This document shows positions 43,195 through 56,329 of a DNA stretch of 64,000 bases, piece by piece; the stretch's first letter is position 1; every line of letters begins with the position of its first letter. The stretch is from Octopus vulgaris (taxonomy: Eukaryota), in NCBI GenBank assembly GCA_951406725.2, contig OX597824.1, positions 97,030,001 to 97,094,000 of the forward strand, given 5' to 3'. The position numbers and the translations under genes were made by a program. The notes under the pieces were generated by a model. It was not told the DNA's origin. It was given only the letters and a program-made list of their open reading frames with translations, and ran no database searches.

Positions 43195-43867
43195 CCCCCT
43201 CCACATCTACCTCTCCCAGATGCACTTCGCTGTCAATTAGCCTTTTACTAAAAGGTCTCTTTTCAACACAAATTTTAATTATTCAAATCTGTCACGTGAC
43301 CTTCTCATTTACGAGTTTTAAAAATTTCACAGCGAAACTGAACGAAAAGCCAAGGCTGGAGGTGGGGATAAGAAAACGTGTATCAATGTAGTGGTGGTGG
43401 TGGTTGTGGTTGTGGTTGTGGTGGTGGTTGTAGTGGTGGTGGTTAAATAGGGCGGATATCATAATCGCAACATTATGGAAAGGAGATTTGATGTTCTGGA
43501 ACCCCAGTTAGATGTTGTCGATCCAAGCTGCTTTATAATCAAAAATATTCCAGAAGTGACCATCCTGTCTTTCTCCGATATACTGAAATCCCAGAACCCC
43601 ATCAGTCAAAGTGTTCCTTTCTGGTGTGTGGTGGTCATTCCGTCGCTTTCAGCCATAGTTCACCTCAGAATGCAATATCCAAGGTGCTCTCTCGATTTCA
43701 AAAGATGGAGAGGAGCTCATGATTTTCTCTCAGAAAAACACTTCCTGTTAACGCCTCGTCGCAATCGATGGAGGCTCTGATGATCAAATGAATCTAATCG
43801 AGAATAACTGATCGAAGATGCCTTTTGTTAAATCGAATGCCAGGTTCCTAATTATTAATAAGCAGGT

Positions 43868-44030
43868 AGAGGTCTGATCAATAAGTATCCGGACTGTTGC
43901 CTATAGTAACGAAACTAAAGTACGCAGAGTAAAGCCGCTTGGCGTAGATTGACCTTGGACTCTGCTGAGCATGCGCACTGTTTCAACGTTCTAACTCACT
44001 TCCGCTGTTTACAGCAGTGCTTGGAAATAA
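43868..44030 (+). mobile_element. Tc1/mariner-type terminal fragment
   Basis: gaggtctgatcaataagtatccggact resembles mariner TIRs; no partner end seen. Confidence 0.5.
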
Positions 44031-44164
44031 CTCAGGGATGGTGATTCGACAATTTTACCTCACAGCGGCAATTTAAAAGATGTTTATTTACTTTACCGGT
44101 TTCACTCTTTGGAAAAAGATTGTCAAAAGTAACATGTAGAAGTTTGGTTGTGTTAATTATTGGT

Positions 44165-44226
<62 letters not shown>

Positions 44227-44554
44227 AGACTACATCTTCAAGACGTGCTTATTACAGAATTACGCTCATTAAATTTACTTTAGATTCCAATCCGACACGT
44301 GTTTCTGTTGCGTAAGTGTCCTAAAGCCCTTTGATGTAGCATTCACGTGCTTTTAGTTGGTTCACTTGCACTACGTATTCATCCGAGGTGGACATCCCCA
44401 CGCAACTTTGTTCAAGGTTTTACCCATGGGGTGGGGGGGTATGAAGCGAGTATATGCAACATACGCAATTGTGTACATGCGTGTGCGTATGTGTTTATAT
44501 ATGAGAATGCGAGGATACATACATAATATTCTATACTATACTCTCTCTCTCTCT

Positions 44555-44599
<45 letters not shown>

Positions 44600-45544
44600 C
44601 ATACACACACACACACACATATATATATACATACATATATATATATACATACATATATATATATACATATATATATACACACACACATATATATATACAC
44701 ACTTATACATATATATATACACATATACATATATATTTTCATACGTATATATATATGTATATATATACACACACACAACCACATCAAAAGAAAGTATTTG
44801 TAGTCGTATTCTAAGAGCATTAAGAATTTATGTATATCACTTCATGCGATCTTCTTAAAATTCTAATCTACACCATTCCATGATTTATGAGGCAACGAAG
44901 TAGCCTGTAGATTTTCATTCGATCTGCGAGAAATAGCAGCCAAATTTAATTGAACCAACACGCAGTTGCATTAAGCAAGGATGGGCAGATTAGATAACCT
45001 CTGTTGCATATAGAAAGAATCCTTGGCAGCCTTGGCTGGAAATTTTGCCCCTCAAGTTCTGACTCCAACCAAAAAACAACAATAATTGGATAATGTATTC
45101 TAATTGAGATAAAGAGAGTGAACGAGAGAAAGGGAGAGAAGTAGTGAGGGTGAGAAAGAGTCGAAGAGCGTTGAGGAAATTACATCGAGTGTAGACGAGA
45201 GCTAATAAGTCCGAACATCTGCATGCTCCTTACTTTCTCTCTCGTTATCGACCACATAAAGCAGCACGTATATAGATGCAAATATATATGTGTACATTCA
45301 TGGTTATCTACACACACATCCATACATACATACGTACATACATACATACATACATACATACATACATACGTTTCATATATAAGATGCATATATATATATA
45401 TCTCACGTGACCACGTGACCGACCAGACCATCAGATGTTGTTACACATCGCTGGTCACAATGCGTTCGTATTGTTTTAGCCTTCGAATGACGCCACCCCG
45501 CTGGCTAAGCGAGCAGGCCAATATATATATATATATAAACATGC

Positions 45545-45590
<46 letters not shown>

Positions 45591-45594
45591 ATGC

Positions 45595-45666
<72 letters not shown>

Positions 45667-45825
45667 TTATATATGTGTATGTATGTGTGCATATGTATAT
45701 TTATATTAAAATATATGTACGCATATTAACATATATAAAGCCGTCCATATATATTCATATGTACACAGCTAAGCCCGCGCAAGCGCACGCACACACAAAC
45801 ACACATAAACACACACACACTTACT

Positions 45826-45861
<36 letters not shown>

Positions 45862-46139
45862 TATATATATATAAAATACATACACCTGCACATATATATA
45901 TATATACATGTACGTACATACAAATGTATACGCTTTTATATATAGACATATAGACGTGCGCGTGTTTGTGTGTGTGTGATTATGTGTGTGTGTGTGTGTG
46001 TGTGTGATTGTGTGTGCGTATGTTAATATATATTTATGTTTCCTTGAAACTCAACTCATATGCTTTCACACACCGAATTGGTTTTCCGACACTCTATCAA
46101 TTTTCATGGCTACAATATATTTGAGTTAACCGCTTTCTC

Positions 46140-46905
46140 AGATATACGAGAAGACAGATAGATAGAGAGAGAGGGGGAGATGGAGGAGAAGGCAGAGAAC
46201 GAGGAGGGGAGGAAAAGAAAAAGTAGGGAGAGTAGGAGGAGAAGAGAAGAAGAAAAAGATGAAGCGAAGGAACAACAACAGCAATATGATGAAACAACAA
46301 CAAGAACAACGACAAAATGATGAGAAGTATAATATGGAGAAAATAAGACAAAGACGAAAAAGAGAGAAGGAGGAGGAGGAGGAGGAGGAGAAGAAGACGA
46401 AGAAGAAGGAGAAGAAGAAAAAGAAAAGAAGAAGAAGAAGAAGAAGAAGGAGAAGGAAAAGAAGAAGGAGAAGGAAAAGAAGAATAAGAAGAATAAGAAT
46501 AAGGAGGGGAATAAGAAAAAGAAGAAGAAGAAGGAAAAGAAGAATAAGAATAAGAAGGAGAAGGGGGAGAAGGAGGAGAAGAAAAATAAGAATAAGAATA
46601 AGAAGGAGGAGGAGAAGAAGGAGAGGAAGAAGAGCAACAATCAGACAAACACACAAAACATTTATTATAAAACTTAACCACAAAGACATAAACTGCAGTA
46701 AAATAGAAAAAAAAAAGACAAAAACAAGAACCAAAGTAAAAAATACAACAAAAGCCTAAAAGAAAGCCAATTTAAAAAAAATAATAAATAATGATTATAA
46801 ATGGAAGAAAGAAGAAGAAGAAGAAGAAGAAGAAGAAGAAGAAGAAGAAGAAGAAGAAGAAGAAGAAGAAGAAGAAGAAGAAGAAGAAGAAGAAGAAGAA
46901 GAGAC
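46140..46905. repeat. Polypurine (AAG/GAG/AAGAAT)n tract
   Basis: Direct reading. Confidence 0.9.
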
Positions 46906-47595
46906 AGAAGCAAAAATAATGGTAAATGTAGGAGTCTTAAGTCTTCGAGTTTTTATCGATCGATTTGGAAATTGTGAAATTGTCTGAAGTATATAGTTAC
47001 TACTAACTGGAATATTGTGCCGTATGTTGGTGCTACACCTTGGAATGGTAAAACAGGAAAAATCAATAAGAGAAATACTTTCTGTGGCATTGAACAGGAA
47101 AAATAGAAGACGGATAGGAAACATTGAAAAACTCTACACTGTATTAGAAGCGATTACAATTGATGAATCTACTAGAAAACACTACAATATGTTGCTACAG
47201 TTCATATACACTTCAATACTGTACACCATCGATGTTAAGATGCTACATTACACTACGATAGACAAACAAAGAAAAGGCACTGCGATAGGCTACGATGCAG
47301 TAGATAAAACACTTGGATAGACAATACTACCCTGCAAAGGTTAATAGACACTACGACACTGCGATACACTGCTTTACATAAAATACTTCAACCCACAGCC
47401 TGTATGGAGAATAGTAATACAGAACAACAGTGTAATACAGCGCAAGAGGTGTATGACTACTTACAATAAATCACACTGCCGCTGTTGAAGCACTACTATA
47501 CGCTACGCAACAAGATAAAAGACCCCAACATTGCGAAGCACTGAATTAGATCTCTGTACTACGGTATGGGAGATAAAAAAATGCATAAGCACTGC

Positions 47596-47660
<65 letters not shown>

Positions 47661-47662
<2 letters not shown>

Positions 47663-47917
47663 CAAAATAAGCAACAAGTATATCCAAGGTAGAGTAGTAC
47701 AATTGTTTCATGCTACTTCATTTTATTTAAACACTGTATTTAATAATATGTTTAATAAAATGAAGTAGCATGAAACAATTGTACTACACTACCTTGGATA
47801 TCCTTGTTGCTTATTTTGATTATAATCACCCCATTTGATTTATATGGATAATACCATACCAAATTCTGGTGCCTTTCACTTAAGTACCATATTCATCTGA
47901 ATCTAAATTTTGCTGAA

Positions 47918-47920
<3 letters not shown>
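47661..47920. mobile_element. PLE-like remnant with a ~72-bp inverted repeat (47661-47733 / 47749-47820)
   Basis: Same family as 36866-37120 in opposite orientation, with a different loop. Confidence 0.85.
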
Positions 47921-47977
<57 letters not shown>

Positions 47978-47994
47978 TAAAACGTTATACAATT

Positions 47995-48390
47995 ATTAGT
48001 TTCGTCCGTCGTTGTCGACGATGACCATGGACACCACAAAGGAGAAGAAGATAGAGAACGGTGTGTCTGGCTGTGGTCAATTAGTCCGATGTATGATCGG
48101 AAGGCTTTGCCACAAGTTGAGCTCTGGTGGCCTGTTGGCACTGAGGGCAAGGAGGTGGCACTGGACTGGCACAGTTCGTGTGTGCTCTGTGCCGCCGCTG
48201 AAATCCTGTTCTGTTCGTACGAGTTGGCACCTCTGTTTGAACAGATTCGCCAGGTAGGGCGGTCTTGTGCTTGCGTTGCCCAGCTGTCGGGGTTGACCAC
48301 AAAGCCCTTCGATGAGGCTTTGATTGTATCCCCGACACGCCTTTCCTGCCCACCTTGCGTGAACTCGCCCTCCGCCTGCTCTACATTATA
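47995..48390 (-). pseudogene. RTE/BovB-clade LINE C-terminus
   Basis: GGQERRVGDTIKAS..F..NPDSWATQAQDRPTWR..GANSYE...CGKAFRSYIGLIDHSQTH, a decayed terminal C2H2. Confidence 0.88.
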
Positions 48391-48908
48391 ATGAAAACGC
48401 TACAATACATCGCAAGAATAAAACACTGCGCTACACTGCAACACAATAGAGAAAAGGAGAGAAAGCACTACACGATAATCCTTCCTGGGGTTATCACGTG
48501 GCTGACAATTTTGAGGGGCGGGGAATTCGATCATTTCAGCCCTCTTACTTCGTGCTTATTTAATCGACCCCGAAAAGATGCAAGGTAAAGTCGATCTCGA
48601 CGGCATTTGCACAGATGAAACACTGCACCTCAGCAGATAAAAACGCTAAATTACAATACACTGCAATACACTGCATTATACACTGCAACACTGTTATTAT
48701 GCTTCCACTTTGAATAACGCAGTACGTTGCACTACGTCTGCACTGTGAGACACGGGATTAAGTGCGCACGTAAACACCTGTTTATGTACATATGCACATG
48801 CACACACTCGGACACACGTATACACGACACACACACACACACATGTATGCATGAGTATATGTGTATCTAATATGCATACCTATCTATCAATCTGTCTGCC
48901 TGCCTGCC

Positions 48909-48949
<41 letters not shown>

Positions 48950-49162
48950 ATCTGTCAGTCTAGCTATTCTCTCTCTCTCTCTCTCTATCTGTCTGTTTGT
49001 CTATCTGTCCGTCTATGTATGTATGTATGCATGTATGTATTATGCATGTATGTATGTATGTATGTATCTCTCTATCTCTCTCTCTATCTCTCTATCTATC
49101 TGTCTGTGTGTCCGTCTCTGTCTCTCTGTCTCTGTATATATATATATATATATATATTTATA

Positions 49163-49238
<76 letters not shown>

Positions 49239-49356
49239 CATCTGTTTATCTGTGTCTATATTCAATATTCACTTCTTTTTTCCCATAAATGCCAACCCGC
49301 AATATAAAAGATGTGAGCTCAACACTGGCCAATTCGTTTCCGCTATTATTCCTTCT

Positions 49357-49400
<44 letters not shown>

Positions 49401-50025
49401 TTGTGTCTAAACATGTATGTATTTGCGCGCGTGTGTGTGTGTGTGTATGTTTCTAAATAAGACGGTTGGAAGGACACTAAATTATAGTTGTAAAGTGGTA
49501 ATAATATTAGTTATGAACGAAAGCAAGAATATATTTCTTGTATTAACTCTGGAATCTATCGAATTACGAATATTGCAGTAACTGATAGCCGAATCGTTGA
49601 TGGTTGAGACGATAAGATTGTAACCAACTCAAGGAGGATGTGAGGAGGGCGACGGGGGAAATTTTGTTGTGTGATTTGTATTTCTCTGTCCAGCTCAGTT
49701 GTGTCTACAGGCCATATTTCAATAATTTTCCACTACTACCGCCAGGTTAATATTCTGTTGATCTATGCTAGGGCTAACATATCTATAATATTGCCAAAAT
49801 TGCAGTACAAAGGCTAGTCTAGTTCTTTGCAGCCAGAAAATTCTTCAGTTTAAAATCAATTCCTGTAACTCTAACTAGTTCCAAATTCTGTCTGATATAT
49901 TTAAGTAATAATGAGTCAGGTTAAAAAAATCTGGTTCGTCACTGATACAACAGAAGCAGCAGAACAGTCAACGTAACTTGTAAAGCTTGGAAGACACCTG
50001 CTCACTGTGTGGTAGGCTTAACTTA

Positions 50026-50259
50026 GCTATTTCTTTACTACCCACAAGGGGCTAAACACAGAGAGGATAAACAAGGACAGACACACGGATTAAGTCGATT
50101 ACATCGACCCCTGTGCGTCACTGGTACTTAATTTATCGACCACGAAAGGATGAAAGGCAAAGTTGACCTCGGCGGAATTTGAACTCAGAACGCAGCGGCA
50201 GACGACATACAACTAAGCATTTTGCCCGGCGTGCTAACGGTTCTGCCAGCTCGCTGCCC
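50026..50259 (-). mobile_element. Full-length SINE type B with 13-bp TSD
   Basis: TSD taggcttaactta at 50013-50025 and 50260-50272. Confidence 0.93.
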
Positions 50260-50770
50260 TAGGCTTAACTTACCATCCTGTTTACCATCACCGTCTGGGT
50301 GCTTTTAGTTTGTATAGTAGCTTAATCTTTTGCTTGTCCAAAGCATTTTCATAAGTTTCTGAAAAACATTCAAGCTTTTTTTCAGATTTGCTAACATCCC
50401 CACTTTTTAGTTGCGTTACATTAAACGGGTGGCAGCCCACCCACCACCATCACCGAGCTACCTGTTTCAACAGAACCACATGATTGTTGTGTGGTCTTAG
50501 TAGGGTGATAGACTAAACACATCCCCTAGTTCAACTCGACCACTTGGTCCCTGGATGCTGTTAGCAGGGTGGCTGGCCATGCACCCCATTCGGTTTAACG
50601 CCTCAAGTTGATTGCTTTCTTAGTGTTTTTAGAAGAGTTAAGTTTGCAACAAGTAATCCAAACTGATACTCAGACCCTGTCCCACAATTATTTCCACATA
50701 TAGGACATCGGATGTTGTAAGGGCCTGGCACTTCTTTCCTTCGACAAAATAGGTTATATAAAAACTCTTA

Positions 50771-50860
50771 TCAGACGGGTAGTCATGATGGGTAAACAGG
50801 GCTTCATATATTTTACCCCAGCGTCACTTTGATGGCATGCACTGCTCTCTCATACAATAG
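50771..50860 (+). mobile_element. 3' fragment of the (AAT)n-element family
   Basis: gacgggtagtcatgatggg...gatggcatgcactgctctctca matches 5881-5960. Confidence 0.85.
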
Positions 50861-50876
50861 TGATAATAATATTAAT

Positions 50877-51246
50877 AGCAAGAGCACTCAGAGAGCGCAA
50901 ACCTCCACCAAGGCAACACCAATGTCCTCTCAATGATTAGCCGGAGATGATTTTTAAAATGAGAATATTTGAAATAAACTCGACTGTTCTCACAGACGAC
51001 AATACTAATAAATGAACCCGACCGGTCTCAAAAATTAAGTAAAAGAGACAACGGGAAAATAATCCAGAATCCTTGTCCGGTACCAGATCAATCCCGAAAT
51101 CTAATCAGTTTGTGCCAGTCACGAGGCCAAGCATCCCTGAAGGTTTAATCTGAATCCATCCAGCAGTTCTTGAGAGATCTTGTCCACGGACAAAAAAACA
51201 AACACAACTGAAAACAGTACCTCTGCCTTTGCTAAGGCGGAGTTAA
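50877..51246 (+). mobile_element. Helentron/HINE-like non-autonomous element
   Basis: caagagcactcagagagcgc start, subterminal acctccaccaaggc inverted to the terminal hairpin acctctgcctttgctaaggcggag; sits in an AAT-rich tract. Confidence 0.65.
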
Positions 51247-51951
51247 TAGTAATAATAATAATGATAATAATAATAAATATATGTGTGGGGGATGTATGCA
51301 TCGATATCTATAGGTATTATCTACATGTTATAAAATATATAATATATATGTATGTATATGTGTGTATATACAAATACTCACACACACATATGCTCGCCCG
51401 CCTGCACACACACTCACACATTCACTCACACACACACACACACACACATACACACATATATATATTTGTGTACGTGAAACTGTTTGTCATGTGTTTTACG
51501 TTTTTGGTTATTTGAACCGTGAGGCAATGTTGTCCAAATATTTAATAGCTGGCTTTTACCATGGAATCACTTGAAAACTTCGTGTAGTTTGTGTGTAATT
51601 GGGAAGTAGTTATGAAGCAATGACAAAAACGGTTCCAGCTCTGTTAGGCTTCAGATTTACAAACTATTGATAGTTGAACCATAGAGAATTTATCTTTCTC
51701 TGCTTTCTATTAGCCGAGATAAACCACTTCTTCGTTAAATCCACTTACCGAGGCAATACTGTAAATGGTGCCGGGTCGAAGATATATCTATTGCAGGTTA
51801 ACTTAGATATTCTTCTGCTTCTTCTGTTTACTAAATTCTTCATAATATCACGCCTTGAAGTGATTAGTCTTAACGCCGAAAGAACTATATTCAAAGACAC
51901 TCGAAACCGTAACAATTATCTCTGTTTTTTTTCAGATATTGATTATCTTCC

Positions 51952-52260
51952 GACACTCCGTCGGTTGCGACGATCAGGGTTCCACTTGATCCGATCAACG
52001 GAACAGTCTTCTCGTGAAATTAACGCACAAGTGGCTGAGTACTCCACAGACAGCTGTACTCTTAATGTAGGTCTGAGGGGGATTCAATGTAACATAGAAA
52101 GTGACATGGTTGGCCCTTTGAGATATAGGTACAACTCATTTTAACTCGGTGAGTGGACTGAGGCAACGTGAAGTAGAGTGCCTTGCTGAAGGACACAGCG
52201 CGCCGACCGGAATCAAACTCACGACATTACGATTGTGACCCGTTTACTCTAACCATTAAA
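51952..52260 (-). mobile_element. SINE type C-related, diverged
   Basis: cactccgtcggtt..gatccgatcaacggaacag shared with 53730-53790. Confidence 0.8.
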
Positions 52261-52264
52261 CGGC

Positions 52265-52880
52265 GGAGGGGGTAAATTGATTACATCGACCCCAGTTCTC
52301 AGCTGGTATTTATTTTAATCGATCCCGAAAGGATAACTGGTAATGTAGACCATGGCGGAATTTGAACTCAGATCGTAAGGGCGGATTGAATAGCCATTGC
52401 GCATTTAACCCAGAGGTGCTAACGATTCTGCCAGCTAACTGCCTTCGCAAGGTGATACTTATTTCTTTACTACCCACAGGGGGCTAAACACAGATTGGAC
52501 AAACAAGGACAGGCATTAAGTCGATTACATCGACCCCAGTGCGTAACTGGTACTTAATTCATCGACCCTGAAAGGATGAAGAGCAAAGTCGACCTCGGCA
52601 GAATTTGAACTCAGAACGTAGCGGTAGACGAAATATCGCTAAGCATTTCGCCCGGCGTGCTAACGTTTCTGCCAGCTCGCCACCTTCTCGCAAGGTGATA
52701 CTATTAAACGCGTTTGATATTTTCTATGCTTGTAAAGTGCAACTTTTTTACATTCTGAATTCAAATTCCCTTGAGGTTAACTTCGTCCTTCTTCCATCTG
52801 AGGTCGATAAAATAAAGTACCATTCAAGTACTGATGGTGGGTGAGGGGATATCATTGACTATACCTCTCGTTAAAATTCA
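52265..52880. mobile_element. Cluster of three SINE type B copies; 52460-52687 (-) is full length with a 15-bp TSD
   Basis: TSD tcgcaaggtgatact at 52445-52459 and 52688-52702; older copies at 52265-52444 (-) and 52745-52880 (+). Confidence 0.9.
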
Positions 52881-53244
52881 AGACCAACCTGCTATGGAAA
52901 TTAAGTCTAACATCGAGTCTAGTACTCACATGCGATAAAGTATATTAAATATTTTGTTCGCTTTCTATGCTTCAAATAAATCTTTTCTTTTTTCTTTTTC
53001 CTTCCTCAGTTCACTAAAATGTTTGGTTAGCGGGATGCAGAGTTTTCTTTTTAATTTTGGGTTGTTTTTATTTTTGGTGACTTGTCTCTGTCATTATACA
53101 ACATGGTGATTTATTTGTTGCAGCGTTTTTGGTAAGACATGTAACATGCACACGTACGTTTGGTGGAGATCTCCAATAAGTTATGAAAATTGTAGATAAG
53201 GTTGTAACAACATATGTGACTCGCATAAAAAGAACTCAGTAATA

Positions 53245-53658
53245 GGTGCAGATGTGGGTGTGTAGTACGAAGCCTGCTTCCCAACCACATGGTTCTGGGT
53301 TCAGTCCCACTGCGTGGCACCTTGGCCAAGTGTCTTCTACGATAGCCTCGGCCCGACCAAAGCCTTATGAGTGGATTTGGTTGACGGAAACTGAAAGAAA
53401 CCCGCCGTTTATATATATATATATAGACATGTGTTTGTTTCTGTGTTTGTGTTTGTGCCCCCCCCCCAACATCGCTTGACAACATCGATGATGCTGGTGC
53501 GTTTATGTCTCCGTAGCTTAGCGGTTCGGCATAAGAGGCTAATAAAATAAATACTAGGCTTACAAAGAATAAGTCCTGAGGTCGACTGAGGGTGGTGCTC
53601 CAGCATGGCCGCGGTCAAATGACTGGATGATGAGACTGGATGATGCTAGTAAAAGTAA
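53245..53658 (+). mobile_element. Near full-length SINE type A
   Basis: tRNA-like head gggttcagtccc, internal (TA)n and tail ggtgctccagcatggccgcggtcaaatgactg. Confidence 0.9.
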
Positions 53659-53718
53659 ATTATTTTAGCTAAAGACATACCATTAGCTATGTGACGTTTT
53701 CGTTATAAAAGAAGCTAT

Positions 53719-54097
53719 GGTGCTGGAAGCACTCCGTCAGTTACGACGATGAGGGTTCCGGTTGATCCGAATCAACGGAACAGCCTGCTCGTGAAATTAA
53801 CGTGTAAGTGGCTAGGCACTCCACAGACACGTGTACCCTTAACGTAGTTCTCGGGGATATTCAGCGTGACACAGAGAGTGATAAGGCCGGCCCCTTGAAA
53901 TACAGGTACAACAGAAACAGGAAGTAAGAGTGAGAGAAAGTTGTGGTGAAAGAGTACAGCAGGGATCACCACCATCTCCTGCCGGAGCTTTTAGGTGTTT
54001 TCACTCAATAAACACTCACAACGCCCGGTTTGGGAATCGAAACCGCGATCCTATGACCGCGAGTCCGCTGCCCTAACCACTGGGCCATTGCGCCTCC
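53719..54097 (-). mobile_element. Full-length SINE type C with 12-bp TSD
   Basis: Minus-strand head ggaggcgcaatggcccagtggttagggc...ggtttcgattccc (A and B boxes); TSD aaaagaagctat at 53707-53718 and 54098-54109. Confidence 0.93.
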
Positions 54098-54607
54098 AAA
54101 AGAAGCTATATTCTGTATATGTAAAGGGAGAGAAAAAGTGAGACGCAGGTTGCGATAGTTAAATGGACATATTTACGCATTTACGTGTATATAAATATAT
54201 ATGTGTGTGTGTGTGCGTGTGTGCGTGTGTGTGGTGTATAAATTTAAACAATAGAGAACTCAATACATGCATGCAGTCTAATAACATCATTCCAATATGT
54301 AAATGATCGTTAATCTAGCATTTCATTCAAGTTCTACGCATATATACGTATACACAAACGCACGTATATATATTTGCTGAGCTCTTCGTTGAATGCTGCT
54401 GTTATGGCGTTCCATAGAAATTCCCTATTAACGTCTATCGATTTTTCTGCGAGTCGTTATTTAACAGAAGAAGTTAAGCTTCATTGGATTAGAAGGTAAT
54501 TTATTTCGGTTGGGTTTGATATAAAGAAAACATTACATGTGAAAGGTGACAATAGTCTGAAGCCAGAAACGATATTTAATTATGAAATATTAACAGGATT
54601 ATAATTG

Positions 54608-54647
<40 letters not shown>

Positions 54648-54724
54648 ACACACACACACACACATACATACATACATACATATGTGTGTGTACATATGTG
54701 TGTATACATATATATGTATATATA

Positions 54725-54776
<52 letters not shown>

Positions 54777-54849
54777 TATATACATATATATGTGTTTATA
54801 CACACACACACATACATACATACATACATACATACATATGTGTGTGTAC

Positions 54850-54897
<48 letters not shown>

Positions 54898-55126
54898 GTG
54901 TTTATACACACAAACACACACATAGATATATATACATATACATACATACGTATGAATATATATTTATATATATATATATATGTGTGTGTATAAATATATA
55001 TTCAAGTGAATGTATGTATGTAATATAATATATACATATAATATATACATAAATATATACATAAAAATATATATATATACACACAGACACACACATATAT
55101 GTATGCATGTATGTGTGTATGTGCGC

Positions 55127-55162
<36 letters not shown>

Positions 55163-55582
55163 ATGTATGTATGTGTGTATGTATGTATGTATGTATGTAT
55201 TTGTGTATGCATGCGTGTATGCATGTATATATATGCAGTTTGCTTGGTATGTAGGTTGAAGAAACCTTAGTGTTTTTCGCTGAAGACTTTAGACTGCAAT
55301 CCCAGTTACCTGCTCCTGGTCAGTCGATGATTACATCGGTGAGATTATGAAGTCAAGTCAAAATTAAATATTGATTTCTTGCTCTGGCACGGAGCCACAG
55401 ATTTATAAAGTTGAGATTCGTGTAATTGGAGTTTTATTTGCGTCTCTCTTTAGTCGACTGAATGTGACGAGGGCGGTGAGAGCAACCACAAGGATCCCTT
55501 TCAGGATCACCAAGGCTGATGGCAGGGAGGTAAGGGGTTACCGAAAGACCGGAAGCCTGGCCTGTATCGCCTGCTATAAAAT

Positions 55583-55623
55583 CCTCCCCCTCCTCCTCTC
55601 CTTCTCCTCCTCATCATTATCAC

Positions 55624-55658
<35 letters not shown>

Positions 55659-55860
55659 CCACCGCCACCACCGTCACCATCATCCCCACCACCACCGCCA
55701 CCACCGCCGCCACCACCACTACCACCACCACCACCACCACCACCACCACCACCACCACCACCACCACCACCACTATCACCACCATCACCACCACCACCAC
55801 CATCACCACCATCACCACCATCACCACCATCACCACCACCATCACACCACCACCACCCCG
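55583..55860. repeat. (CAT)n/(CAC)n compound microsatellite
   Basis: Direct reading. Confidence 0.95.
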
Positions 55861-56329
55861 AATGAGACACCAGTCCGTTATAACAGTTCCACTCTTTTAT
55901 AAGCTGTGTGGCCTGAAACAAAGTGAAGTGAAGAGTCTTGCTCAAGAACACAATACGCCGCTCGGTCTGGGAATCGAAATTACGATCTTTAGGATCGCAA
56001 ATGCAACAAGTGAGGCATGTTATTTTATTGGAATGGAGACGAAGTAACAAAACAGCAGCTCTTCTCTCAAAATACAACATTGGTTAAACACCAACCACCA
56101 ACTTCGTTACCTTTATGCCTCCAATGATCGGCACAACCGTTTTCATAGAACCACATCTGCCAGATAAAGGTTCTCATTATTCCTGGATTCTTTAACTTTT
56201 CGCTCTTAACATCAGCAAAAGTTTTGTTGTCATCCTTGATATTAACGAAATCTTCCACACTCTCAGATACGATATTCTCCAAGAGTAATGGCCTCTTGTT
56301 GACTGAATCTGTTTCTTACATATTTGAAT

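Noticed and set aside
47120-48750. Recurrent acact/tacaa words around the RTE fragment
   Set aside because: Best explained as a decayed pentanucleotide microsatellite with no stable period
54020-54097. Functional tRNA gene
   Set aside because: It is the head of a TSD-flanked SINE, with no closed acceptor stem or terminator
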